DNA from: Curvularia clavata
Lineage: Eukaryota
Direction: 5' to 3'
DNA length: 64,000 nt
Assembly: GCA_023920165.1 (NCBI GenBank)
Contig: CP089279.1
Location: 2,108,001-2,172,000, forward strand
Of this stretch, positions 37,486 to 49,410 are shown piece after piece. The translations under genes were made by a program, and so were the position numbers. Under the pieces are notes generated by a model that was given only the letters and a program-made list of their open reading frames with translations, was not told the origin of the DNA and did no database searches. Numbering within the stretch: the stretch's first letter is position 1; each line of letters opens with the position of its first letter.

Positions 37486-38276
37486 ATTTGCGGTGTTGAG
37501 AGAGAAGGCTCGTGAGTGGAGAGAACTGTGGCAGCCAAACGTCAGCGGTCGGTTCCAATTGCACGGGGGTTCGAGCGGTCGAAACTGGAGCGGGCACGGG
37601 ATCGTACGCACCTAAATTCGGGATCGTGGCCGAGTCTTGGAGTGTGGTGTAGCTGGTGAAGTTGTTGCGGGCATCGGCGAAACTCTACGGAAGCGCCGAT
37701 TGTGTGCTTGCCTCGCTTGTCGAATGCTCTTCCCCGCAACGTCAGAGGGCGCGCGCTCTCCCACAACTAGCATGAATGACTGTGACAGATACCGCTACTT
37801 TTGGAGGCAGAATCGTTCGTGCTAAGAACACAGTAAACAATAAGTAACTGTGACAAGTACAGCTACTTTAAAAAAAACAGAATGCCATCTCCGGTTTCAC
37901 CAGCTGTGGGAGAGGTGCGCCACCGACAGTCAATCAGAGCGCTCACGAACACGACATGCATTCTTCACCATGCGGGACCGTCATTTGAGAGATACTTGGT
38001 TCTATTATAACCCATACCGCTGACATGCACTCAGCAAGCCATTGGCTAAACGTCAGTCGCCTCTCCAATATTAGAAGCTTTCTTGGCACCAGCTGCTTCA
38101 CATACAGCAGGCCATCTGAACGTAAACTAGACGCAAACACCATTGAGTCGCATGCGCTGGTTGGCGAGAACCTGCTGGAGAAAAAAGTAAAGGGCTCAAT
38201 TGTACACGCATAAATACGCTATGAAATCAGGAATTTGTTAAACTTGCTGCCACCTCCATCCACTCTAAAACGCTAC

Positions 38277-39023
38277 TCAAAGCATGGCCAATCCAGCAAG
38301 ACCAGCAGCACCCAACACCCATAAGATGGCCTTGGCCTGTGTTGTTGCGCCGTTCGATTTACCGGTCGATTGAGGCGCTGCTGCACTACCGCTACCAGAA
38401 GCCTGGGGCTTGTCGTCGTCGTCACTTCCGCCTGATCCCGAAGATGTCGAGTTAGGGTTACCAGAGATGTTCTCTTGAACCACCTTTACACCCGTGTTGT
38501 TCTTGCAGTTGTTGTCAAAATCCGACTGGGAGAGCTGCTTGTCGACCAGGGTAACGTCGGCGCACTATGCTGTCGTCAGCGACTCGGCGCATGTAAGACT
38601 GGTGATTCAATGACTTACCTGGTACAGACCGCCCTCGCCGTGGGCGTTAGATACGACTTGAATAGATGCCTTGGTGCCAGCAGTCACGTTGAGGCCCTTA
38701 GGAATGGTGACCGAGCCCATGCAGAAGTCACCCAGGCCCTCGACCATCAGCTGCTGCTTTGCGACTATGCTGAATCCGCTTCCTGGGTTGTCACCAATCG
38801 CCATGTATACTGCGACATTCGTCTGTGGGTGTCCCATGACCAACTGGATAGGACCACCGCTGATAGGAAAATCGGTACGATCCTGTGAAACGTCGTTGTA
38901 TCCTCCACACGGGAAAGTGCCTTCAATATCGTCGTTGAAACCTCGCGACTTGGGAAAGTTGAGGTTGAAGTGAGCGAGGGAGAGAGGGAGAAAAGAAAGG
39001 GCGAGGAGAGTATTGGAGAGCAT
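38277..39023 (-). CDS. GPI-anchored BIM1/X325-like (LPMO-like) copper-acquisition protein
   Basis: Signal peptide followed by His1 (HFNLNFPKSRGF..PCGG), MGHP, GLYQ|CADV across intron 38565-38618, Ser/Gly linker and hydrophobic GPI tail. Confidence 0.85.
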
Positions 39024-39136
39024 TCTGGTGGTTTGACAGGCGTAGGACTACAGTTGTTGATAGTGTCTGAGGTTTGAAGAAGGAGAGCGAAGGAGAGAGC
39101 GAGTCGACGATTAAAAGAGAAGTCTATTGGTACGGG

Positions 39137-39437
39137 AAATCTGCTCACACGTACCGGCTTCCTTTCGGAGGCGCACCGCCTTTTGTATCAGACCCAGGAG
39201 ACGGGCACACTTGCCGCCATGCCGTGCATTCTGTCCTACTACTACGTCGCGTGGCTCGCGCGTCGAGCCAACAGCCGTACATATGCGTCTGCCGGACTCT
39301 GATACGTTCTAACTTCCTGAAGAACACAAGCCGCTGATCTAGGTGTTTTATACCTGATACTCTCTCAATGGCGCTGTGTTCTGGTTGGAAAGATTCAGGG
39401 TAGGCTATCCCGTGGATGCAGAAGCGTGAGCAAGTTT
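39137..39437. promoter_or_regulatory. Two candidate Mac1/Cuf1-type copper-response elements upstream of the BIM1-like gene
   Basis: AAATCTGCTCA at 39137-39147 (+) and AAACTTGCTCA at 39427-39437 (-). Confidence 0.65.
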
Positions 39438-39818
39438 CTTACCAAAGCAGTGGTGCTATGGATCAATGGTCGCTAGCGCACTGCAGGGATCCATTTCACT
39501 CCGACGCCACCGCTACATATGTAAAGTCTAAGCTTTGACATTGCGATCAGCCACACCACAAGGATGTCACGGAAATAACTGGGTTGATTCCTGGGGTCGG
39601 GCACAGGCACGAGAGGTGAGAAAGAGCACCCCCGCGCTGCATTGTAGCAAATGACCGAAGCCAGATCTGTCAAAGCGCGGAGTAATTATTCCTTGCAAAA
39701 TAAGGCTTATATGAGAACTAATAGGTACATGGGCCTCTATTACACCAACACTGGCAGGTTTCAGTCCCAGAACAGTAATCTACGAAGCGAAAAATCAAAA
39801 GCAGAGCCCAATCGGTCG

Positions 39819-40470
39819 TTAATGAGGCGCGGCCTGATTGAATCTGCCGAAAGCCAATTCACCAATAAATGTGCCTGCCAAAACAGACATGAAATATCCA
39901 ACGTTATAAGTCATGACTGCCAACATGCTGTTGACACGTTAGTGCTGATCAGGAAGGGGTTAACTTTGATTGTGCTTACAGGAGGTATCCGACACCTGCC
40001 GCGACCATCATCAAGAATGCGCGTGGGAGGTCAATGCCAAACCTCCAGGGTTGAATGTGAGATACGGGCGCGGAGACAATACGAACGTTCTCCTGAACGC
40101 CGTTGGTGGTAAGAATGCCGGTTGTTGAGTTGGAATCGTTGGCTGCGCTTTCGAGCACTGTCTTATCGCCGGCCACGACCACATAACGGCGGTTCAGGGC
40201 GCTTTTGACAGCCTTGATTTCCAGGAAAGTTTTGGCTGTGAAAAGGGCGCGGAGTAGGATGGCGAGGAAGATGAGGAAGATGCATGTTCCTGCATATTGG
40301 CCAGCTGTCGACGGGGTCCACGCATTGGAATACAGAGGCGTATTGGTAGCCGTGAAGAAGGCCATTGCCATGCCACCATGGCCGCTGGAAGTCGAAGAGT
40401 CCATGGGCATATCAGCGCCCATATCCATGCCAGCCATGGCCATGCTGTCGTGATCCTCATGTGCAACCAT
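39819..40470 (-). CDS. Ctr-family high-affinity copper transporter
   Basis: Met/His-rich N-terminus (MVAHEDHDSMAMAGMDMGADMPM), MAMAF, W.P.T.GQYAGTCIFL, MxxxM (MLAVM) and GxxxG after intron 39928-39979. Confidence 0.93.
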
Positions 40471-40759
40471 GATGCAGATGTGATGGTACGGTTGTCAAGA
40501 GGATGTCTAGTGGTGGTCGTGATGTGGCTTCACAGAAGCTACGTTTACCGTTGTGTGGGAGGGACAGGTATTGATGATCAGGTACCGAGTTCCAGACTGC
40601 AGAGCCAATATTCGGGCAAGAGGTCGCTTAAAGGTTTCCTTGGTCAAGTGTGGGGTTACACACTGGGCGGTTCTGATCTGGGATGATACCGGCGTATAGG
40701 GCTTGGTAGGGACGCATAAACCTGAGGTGTCAAGATATTGCTTCTGTGTAGAGAGCTGA

Positions 40760-41047
40760 GAGCAAATGCGTGGGATCTTGCGACAGTCAAGAGCCCGTCA
40801 AGTCTGGGCTGAAGCGTGAAGCGTCGGGACAGGTAAGGATATGGCCCGGCAGCACCATGGAGCCGAGATGCCAGGCTGAGGACTCATTCGGCCATGCTAA
40901 GCTTACGATTATGCCGGGCCAAGTGGGCCAGTGCATGTTGCAAGGTATTCAAGAAGGGGCGAACCCCTTCATGGCGCCGTGTGAGCCAGGGAGCCATGGA
41001 GCGACTTTGAGCAGATTTAGCCGCTTGCGGTTAGATAAACTTGCTCA
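40760..41047. promoter_or_regulatory. Candidate copper-response elements in the Ctr/FRE divergent promoter
   Basis: TTTGCTC on the minus strand at 40760-40766; inverted pair TGAGCAGATTT (41008-41018) and AAACTTGCTCA (41037-41047). Confidence 0.7.
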
Positions 41048-41456
41048 AGCAACGCCAGCGCCCGCGGCCTCGACCACACCCGCCACTCCAGTATATACAG
41101 GCGGCAATTCGTGGCTATTGGAATAACATAATGTGCTGCAGTGACAGGCTGCATTTGCTACTAGAGCCAAAACAGGTGGCACCCTCGGTCTTTTGCTTGA
41201 GCCACTACCACACATCATCACATCGTTTACTTTGAATCACTTCTGCGCCCCAAACTTTCCCGCAGGCTTTATCGGTAGTCATCATTGCGAGAAAAGCCCT
41301 CGTTACTCCTGTTCACAACTACCAGCATGCGCTGAAGGCCAAGCTCTAGACCCATGTTCCTCCTGATTCCGTGTCTGCACGAGAACCGTTCCGAAGACCC
41401 GTAACTGCAATACAACCAAAGCAAGACGCTACGCCAGCGCGCCAACAACAGATACC

Positions 41457-43565
41457 ATGAGCCACGATCATATGTCCATGGGCTCCATGGGCTCGCTGCC
41501 CGCCCTCACCGAGTTTCCGGGCTTCTACTATGCAGTAGTGGGCAGCGCAGTCGCAGTCGCTACACTCTTCAACGTCTACAACTACCTGCTGTACCGACAA
41601 AGATTGTCTGCTGCAGGGCGAGGTGATCCGACACCTGCGAAACCGAAGTCATGGTTTGCCCTCGGAAACGCCACAATATATGCTTTAACACGGGAGGCGT
41701 CCAACTATTCGATACACATACCGGCAAAGAATCGCGTCATTAAGTTACCTACCATTGGTCGAACTTCATTGATTTTGGCAAACTTGGTAGTTTTGGTTGT
41801 GCTGTGTCTCTACGGGCTGGACTTGCAGAATCAATTCACTCGAGAAAATGTTGGGTTCCGGTGTGGTGTCATCACAATCTCACAAATCCCAATCATCGTC
41901 TTACTCTCAAGCAAGAATAACATCATCGGCTGTCTCAGCGGCATAAGCTACGAACGACTCAACTGGATACACCGGTGGTGCGCTCGATGTATGCTTTTCA
42001 CAGCAACCATGCATATGGGCTGGTTCTTCAGTGCATGGGCGCCATACGATTATATTGGTTATCAGCTCAAGAACAGCAATATTGTATGGAAGGGCCTTGC
42101 TGCTTGGTGTACCTTGTTTTGGATGGTTTTCAGTTCCATGACGCCTATCCGAGGGTGGAGTTATGAGATTTTCGTCATTCAACACATCATCTCTTTTGCC
42201 GTTTTTCTTGCGTTCGTCTACCTCCATACCCCCGTCGAGATGCACGGCTACGTTTGGGCACCGGTTGCTATCTTCCTCTTTGATCGCCTCTTTCGTGCGT
42301 TACGTCTGTTGTACATCAACGTCTCGTTTTTCCATCCCTCGCACAGACAACAAGGAGGAAAGAAGGGCCTCTGGGCATGCGAAGCCGAATTTACATCTCT
42401 TCCGCACACCACGACAAAAATAGTTGTTCGAAACCCGCCCGTGGGTTGGAAACCCGGTCAACATGTTTACCTGTCCTGTCATTCGGTTGTGCCTCTGCAA
42501 AGCCATCCTTTTACTATTGCCTCGATACCAGAGGACGGACGGATGGAGTTTTACGTCAAGGCCGAAAAGGGTGGGACAAAGCGCTTCTTCAGTCATGCCG
42601 AGAAATCAGGAAGATTGCCTGAAGCATCAGTGAAGCTCAAAGCGGTAACTATCGAAGGTCCTTATGGTACCTTACGACCGCTCCGTCAGTTTGACAGTGT
42701 TATTCTTTTAGCAGGCAGTACTGGAGGCACTTTTACCATGCCACTACTTCGCGACCTCATCCAGGGCTGGCAGGAAAACGCCAACCGGGATATGTTGAAG
42801 TCAAGTTCACTCCTACAAGCACCTAGCGGCGCTGTCACACGCCATATTCGCTTTGTCTGGGTGGTCAAGAGCAGCGGCCAACTCAGCTGGTTCTCCGAGC
42901 AACTCTCCTCCATCTACACAGCATTCCAAACCCTGCAAGAAAAGCTCCGAGACATCAAGCTCGAAATGAGTGTCTACATTACCTGCGACCCCTCGTTCAC
43001 CGAAGGCCACAAATCCCTTCTTTCAGGCGTAGCAACCGCCACCTCGTCGCGACAGAATAAAGCACCGCACGGTGCCGTACACTACAACGACGCCACCAGC
43101 AAACCCGAAGCAGAGAAACAAAAAGACATAGCCATCCATGAAATTCGCTCCAATGGTACCACCAGCGCCGAACGCTCCTGCACTCAACCCATCAGCCTCC
43201 CAAACTCCTCCTCCTGCTGCTGCTACGCGCCCATCTCAGAAAAAGACCCTTTAACCCAACGAAAAGTCTGCCGTTGCTCCACACAATCCGCCTCATCAAC
43301 AGGATCCGCGCAGTCTCGCCCTGCGTCTTTTATGTCCTCGCCACACCCAGGCATAGCCGTCTTCGCGGGTCGTCCTCAGACACGCGACATCATACGGAGG
43401 TCGCTTGAGCAGGCGTGGGGTGAGAGTGCAGTCGTGGTGTGTGGGCCGCATGGTCTCGTTGCTGATGTGAAGAGGCATGTTGTAGCGCTGAGTGATGAGA
43501 GGGCGGTGCATAAGGGGACAGGCGCGCAGGGAATATACCTGCATACTGAGAGTTTTGGGTGGTGA
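41457..43565 (+). CDS. Ferric/cupric reductase (FRE family)
   Basis: Heme His pairs (WIHRW..MHM, IQH..YLH), FAD motif HPFTIAS, EGPYG, VVCGP, HTESF. Confidence 0.93.
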   Translation: MSHDHMSMGSMGSLPALTEFPGFYYAVVGSAVAVATLFNVYNYLLYRQRLSAAGRGDPTPAKPKSWFALGNATIYALTREASNYSIHIPAKNRVIKLPTIGRTSLILANLVVLVVLCLYGLDLQNQFTRENVGFRCGVITISQIPIIVLLSSKNNIIGCLSGISYERLNWIHRWCARCMLFTATMHMGWFFSAWAPYDYIGYQLKNSNIVWKGLAAWCTLFWMVFSSMTPIRGWSYEIFVIQHIISFAVFLAFVYLHTPVEMHGYVWAPVAIFLFDRLFRALRLLYINVSFFHPSHRQQGGKKGLWACEAEFTSLPHTTTKIVVRNPPVGWKPGQHVYLSCHSVVPLQSHPFTIASIPEDGRMEFYVKAEKGGTKRFFSHAEKSGRLPEASVKLKAVTIEGPYGTLRPLRQFDSVILLAGSTGGTFTMPLLRDLIQGWQENANRDMLKSSSLLQAPSGAVTRHIRFVWVVKSSGQLSWFSEQLSSIYTAFQTLQEKLRDIKLEMSVYITCDPSFTEGHKSLLSGVATATSSRQNKAPHGAVHYNDATSKPEAEKQKDIAIHEIRSNGTTSAERSCTQPISLPNSSSCCCYAPISEKDPLTQRKVCRCSTQSASSTGSAQSRPASFMSSPHPGIAVFAGRPQTRDIIRRSLEQAWGESAVVVCGPHGLVADVKRHVVALSDERAVHKGTGAQGIYLHTESFGW

Positions 43566-44318
43566 CGAAGAAATTCAAACAGAGTTGAAACGTCGAAAGG
43601 GGGTTGGAGGTAATTTTGTTTGTGTCGCTGGATGGGATGAACTGATGCTTTGTCCCATCATCTTTTTGATATACCCTAGATAACACTCTTCCTATTACAT
43701 CAGCTTTAGGTGTACGGTTCTGTTTCTTTGCTACATATCTTATCACTTTAGAGGGTTTGTTTTCTCTTTCTTCATCGGGTGCGCAGCACAACGATATCAG
43801 CAAAGGTCATTGCAAATCATTTCTAGGAACTTCGGGTATCTGCCATTATGAAGTATGATAATAAGATTCGTGCCAAAAATGAACAGAAAAAAAAGACAAT
43901 AAAGTACAAACGCACCGCAGTGCAATGCAACACCTGTCCCAAGACGAAACGCCTTATCCAACCCAGAGTATCAAACACTTTGAAAGGTGCTCCCCGTATG
44001 CGTTCCGAAATAGTGGCTAACCCACTTTTGAAAGCGGGCAAAAAAGTAGCCATGAGAGAAATTATGTAACAAAGGGAAGAGTCGGATAGACAGGACGCAA
44101 AAGCTCAAAGCGAGCTTTTCATTCACCAATCCCACTCTTACGCCAGGCACCCTGAAACCATTTGAACTCCCAAGTGAAGCAGTCCTTAAGACTTGCTCGT
44201 CTAACGCCGTAAAATGTTTGTGTGTATCTCCAGAATATTCGTTTGTGTGTCACTCCGCTTCTTCATCGTGCTGTCGTAGTTGTCGTAATCGTTCCGGTGC
44301 TGTTACGGCCCGTCCACC

Positions 44319-46721
44319 CTATAGGACTACCCGCTTGCCGCGGGCGATGAAGGGCGATGGCATATCAGTCTCAGTGTTGGGATCCCATACTGCAGGTGAG
44401 CCAATAACGGCGGTTCGCTGCTTGGCCGGGCTTCTCCGCCCGCCGTAGCCAAAGCCCTTCTTTGCGCCACTTTCGTCTTCACTCATGGTCTGCGTGGGAA
44501 TACCGCGTGCTTGTTGGAGTTCCACAAGCGTACGGCCTTGAACTCCGCCGTTGTTGCGCATAGCTTGGGCGCGGAACGCTTCGTTGCCCTTCTTTGACGG
44601 GAGGCCGGTAAATGGTACTGCCTTGGTGGTAGCACCCGCCTTGCGTGGCGATGTCGATGCATGGTCAGTTGACTTGGACTTTGGCCGGGATGGAGACGCT
44701 GCCACGATCGGAACGGCAGAAACTGGTCGTGGCTTGGTAGTCCTGGGACCAAGAAGGTTTGGTGCGCTTCCGAGACGTGTGTTCGCTTTGAGCAGTGGAG
44801 CCTGGGCATTCGCAAGTACCTTGAAAGGATCGTCTGTTCGAGCACGGCTGCCAGAGGCACTTCGAGCTCGAGTGGGTGATGGCAAAACTGGGAGGTCATC
44901 ATCGTCATCAAAGTCACCATTCCACTCTGCCTCTGTTGGTGATGGAGGAACGTCAGCCTCCCACTTCTTTGCACCTTCCTTGGCGGCAGCGAAAATGTTC
45001 AGTTTGGGCTGAACGTTGCGACGGGGAGAAAGAGAGAGACCCTTGAGGGAAACGGGCGCAGGCGAAGGCTCGGCCATCTGAACATCCATAGGAGAATCTG
45101 GGGCCTGCATAGACGAGGGCTGGTTGAACATGGTACGGGCGCGTGCAAGGGGACCACGAGATGGGCGCTTCGCCTTTGGCTTGGCTGCAAGGGCAGCATC
45201 TTCGGCAGTGTCATCAAGAGACAGCGACGACAGGTCTGTTCCACTCGCGAAATCGGAGTCTGTGTTAAGTGTGCTTGTCGAACTGGTTGCAGTGGAAACC
45301 TCAGCGTCAACTGGGAACAAGGCGGCCGATGGCATAGTTGCCGTTGTGGTTGGAGTGTTGGAGCGAGGAGCGAGCTTTGGAGAAGTGCTGAGGCGGTTAG
45401 GATACATCTTTAGAGCGCGCTCCACACGCCTGTTCACTTCGCCCTCGAAGGTAGCCTGAAGAAGGGCAAGCTCCTTCTGGACGCGTTGCTCAGTCTGCAG
45501 CTTGACTTGTCGCTCAATTTCCAGCTGGGCCTTGACTTCCCATTCTCTGCGCAGCTGATCATCGAGTTCTTTGCGGATCCGCGAAATGGCCTCGCTGGCT
45601 TCCTTTTCGCGTTTCGCAGTAAGCATTCTCTGCTCGCGTAGATCCTGGCCAAGTTTGACCACTTCCTGCTCTTTACGCATGAGCTTGACGATGGGCAAGT
45701 TCAGAAGTGCGGCGGTATCTGGGCGGTGGTCGGGCGTGGTGTTCAGGCAGCTAGCAATGACTTTTCGGAGTTCGTTCGAGTAGCAGGCAGGAATGTCAGG
45801 GTAGCGTCCCAGCTTGATCTTGGAGATGAGTTCGAAGTGAGTTTTGGCGTTGAAGGGAGGAGTCTTGGTGCACATCTCGTATATGATGCAGCCCAGTGCC
45901 CAAATGTCCGAGTGCGGTCCATACTGCTCGGCCTTGCAGATTTCAGGTGACATGTAGAACGGGGTGCCAACATATGTGGATGCAAAGTCGTGGGACTGCA
46001 GAATCTTGGAGAGACCAAAGTCACCAAGCTTCACGGAGTTGTCGTCGCCGAGGAAGACTGGTGCTGTTAGTAGGTACATCCGAACGTAAGCACGATGGTC
46101 TAGTACTGACTGTTCTCAGGCTTGAGATCCCGATGAAGGATCATGGGTTTCCGCGGGTCACGAACAGGCTTGACATTGCCCATGAGACCCATAACATTGC
46201 GGCCAGCCGCAGGCGGATCCTCACCGTAGTGGCAGCGGTAAAGGGCGCTGACAATCTGGCTGAAGATGCTCCAGATGAACTCCTCCTCACACATCTGGTT
46301 CTTGTTTTTCAGGTCACGAATGACACGTCCCAGGTCGCCATTTCCGCAGTACTCCATGTAGAGGTGAAGGTCTTGGGATGCCTTGATGTGGTCGCGTTCG
46401 AAATATGCGACAATGTTTGGGTGTCGGAGTTCTTTCAGGATGGAAAGCTCGGCCTGCAGCTGTTCGCGCTCCTTCTGGGACATCTTGAGGTAGCTGATCT
46501 CTTTGCGGCACAGGATCTATTTGGCGGTCAGCAGGCGTCGAGCATCAACACTTGCAGGTACTGCGTACGTAGCCATCCGACTTGCGCTTGACCTTGCGGA
46601 TAACTCCAAAGGAGCCATGGCCTGGGCATTGTTAGTATATGCAAGGCGTGTACATGTGTTGATGGGCAACTGCATGCGTACCGATCTTTTCAAGGACGTC
46701 GTACTTGTCTTCCTCGGGCAT
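44319..46721 (-). CDS. nimA: NIMA/NEK G2-specific protein kinase
   Basis: MPEEDKYDVLEKIG, KEISYLKMSQKEREQLQAE, HRDLKPEN, VKLGDFGLSK, STYVGTPFYMSPE, coiled coil and MPSPF tail. Three introns. Confidence 0.93.
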
Positions 46722-47073
46722 GGTTACGGTATGACTATTGTGCAAAAGACATGCAAGAGGAGGATGCAAAAACAAAAAGAGTAGCAGGCTGCTGTGTTAG
46801 TAACGGTCGAGGGCCAGTGACGGAGGAGTGCAGAGAACAACAGGGAACGGCGGGATAGAAGGCCAGGTTTCTTAGGTGTTTGGTGGCTGTTTACGCTAGC
46901 GCCGTCAACCCAGCAACGCAGCGCACTAGCCTCGCGCTGTGTTGTTGGCCGACCGGGGTCGCCCTTTGCAGACAGGCTTATCGATAGCAAAAGAACCGAT
47001 GTCCGCCGCTCGTCATAACTGGGGCGATTGAGGCCATGGCAGATTGGAGGCATCCTCGACATTTGCCACAGCA

Positions 47074-49069
47074 ATGGATGTCAAGAAAAAGTACGAGATT
47101 GAGGCCGCCCTCGCGACTGAGGCGCAGGCCATCTCGTCGGGTCAGCTCAAGGAAGAGAACCCGCTCGATCTCAGCGATGACTTTAGGGTCTTCTGCGAGG
47201 CATGCCGCCGCGGGGACCTCAAGGTCTGCCAGGAGATGATTTCGACGGGCGTGAATATCAATGCCAGAGATAAGTTCGACTACACGCCCCTAATTTTGGT
47301 ATGCCGTTCTCCTGCTCTCTGCTCAATTGATTGAGGCGCGCTGACTGCTCAAGGCCAGTCTGTGTGGCCATTACGAAGTTATACGCCTACTGCTTGAGAA
47401 TGGCGCCTTGTGCGAGCGAGACACCTTCCAAGGCGAACGATGTTTATACAACGCGCTCAACGACCGGATACGAAACTTGCTTCTGTCCTACGACTATGCC
47501 AAATCCTCGAACCCCCTGCAGCCGCTCGCGGCACACATCACCTCTCTCCTTACGAGGACGGAGCCGAAGACGACGGATATAACCATTACAGCCTATGGGC
47601 AAGAGTTCCATCTGCACAAGTTCCTCCTTGCGGCGCGATCGCCTTACTTTGCAAAGAAGCTGGAGGCAGCGCCCAGCACATCATCGTGGAGGTTGCCGGA
47701 TGCCATACCAGCAGAGTCGCTTGGAGTGGCACTGCAATATCTGTACTTCCAAGAGGTGTCTATCCGGAGAGCGCTATTTGGGCTAAACGACGAACAAGAG
47801 CGGGTGGTGCTGAGCGGTATTGACAAGATAGGCAAACACCTGGAAATAGAACGCTTGTTTGAGGATATCACCGAGGTTTCAGACCGGCGGTTGTTGCGCC
47901 AACGGCGGGCCGACGAACTAGAACGGGGACGAGACCAACTGGAAGCCTGGTTCAAGAACAATGTCCTCCGGCACAAGAAGGTTGTGGATACCGACAAGGT
48001 AGACAGTATACGATGGGATCGCCAAAACTCCATCTTCGCTGACATTCTGCTGCGTGCCGACGAGGATGAAGAGGTTGCTGAGACAGGCCAGCCATTGGGG
48101 CCGTCAGAATCGTCAACCCCTCCCGTACGAAACACTTCTGGACCCCTATCAGGCATTCCAGTCGGTCCAGGCCTTACACGCTCGCAATCACCTTCGCGAC
48201 AGCGAGCGCCGCGCAGATCGACCGTCTTCCCTGCGCATCGGGCCATGTTGCTGCGCTCCGAGTATTTTTTGACCATGTTCAGCTCCCAATTCAAGGAAGC
48301 ACAAGACACACCCCATCTGCAAATAGTAACGATTGACTGCTCGCCGGCAGTTCTGGAGACTATCTTGACATTCTTGTACACTGAGCGTGCAGATTTTGGT
48401 CTTGATATTGCCATTGATGTATTGTTCGCAGCTGATCAGCTCTTCATTGAAAAACTGAAGCAGCGCGCGGCTATTATTATATCTGCCCTAGGCAATGGTT
48501 CAACATCTGCGGTGGAGTCTGATAACCCCCGGGGCGCTACTGATGCTGATGAGGCTGTTGATATCTACGAAGTCATTCGGGCAGGCTGGGATACCCGGGT
48601 ACAGCGTCTGGAAGAGTTTGCAGCACGCTACATTGCCTATCGCCTGGAACATTACATTGACCAGCCCGAATTCGCTGAGCTGGTGCAGGAATCTGCCAAT
48701 CGCGTCAAAGGCCGTCAGGAGACGGACACTGTTGAACTTGTTGACGATATACGGTACTACCTCTCTGAACGCTTCAGGCTTCGCTTCGAAGACAGTGGCT
48801 TGGACGAGATGATGGATGAGAATGCAGCAAACAAGGCAGCTCAAGACGATCTCACAGACGCAATGGACGACCTCGCGCTGGAAAACGGCGCACTGGAAAA
48901 GGCACAACAGAATGGAGGCATTGCATTGGAGCAACCAATTACCACTGGTGTCATCAGGAACCTAGATGGCGAGGAAGTTGGCGACGAATTCGCACAGGAT
49001 GCAATGAACTACCAGATTCTGCTGGGAAAGATAGATACTCTGCTAGAAAGGCTCAATCTAGACGCGTAG
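47074..49069 (+). CDS. Ankyrin repeat and BTB/POZ domain protein (Btb3/ABTB1-like)
   Basis: EACRRGD..NINARDKFDYTPLIL|ASLCGH across intron 47299-47353; two BTB segments (FHLHKFLLAARSPYF, FPAHRAMLLRSEYF). Confidence 0.9.
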
Positions 49070-49163
49070 ACGGCGGGCAAAACATGCCCAGCGCCCTATG
49101 TCGTAGAATCAACATACATGCTTTATCTCCGATGGACCGCAAGGGTGATGACGATGCATTCAG

Positions 49164-49277
49164 CCGGCATTCCTCGGGTGTGACAAAACAAAGTCGTACG
49201 CAAAACCACATGTGGCGTATCAGGCAGTAACTGTGGCGGTGATACATTCTTCCTGGACCGGCATTCCTCGGGTGTGA
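49164..49277. repeat. Direct repeat of 20-bp CCGGCATTCCTCGGGTGTGA, 94-bp period
   Basis: Exact copies at 49164-49183 and 49258-49277, with weaker similarity in the flanks. Confidence 0.85.
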
Positions 49278-49410
49278 TAAAGACAGGCTGTACGTGAAGC
49301 CATGGGCGGGATATCAAAAAGCTGGTGACATCATGAGAGTGGGGTAACGCCAGTGGCAGCTTCCCCACCAGAGGTGGCTGCCAGCTTGACAAATACCAGT
49401 CCAGCTCATA

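Noticed and set aside
49164..49277. Repeat-spacer-repeat pattern resembling CRISPR
   Set aside because: Only two copies, a 74-bp spacer, a eukaryotic genome and no cas genes.
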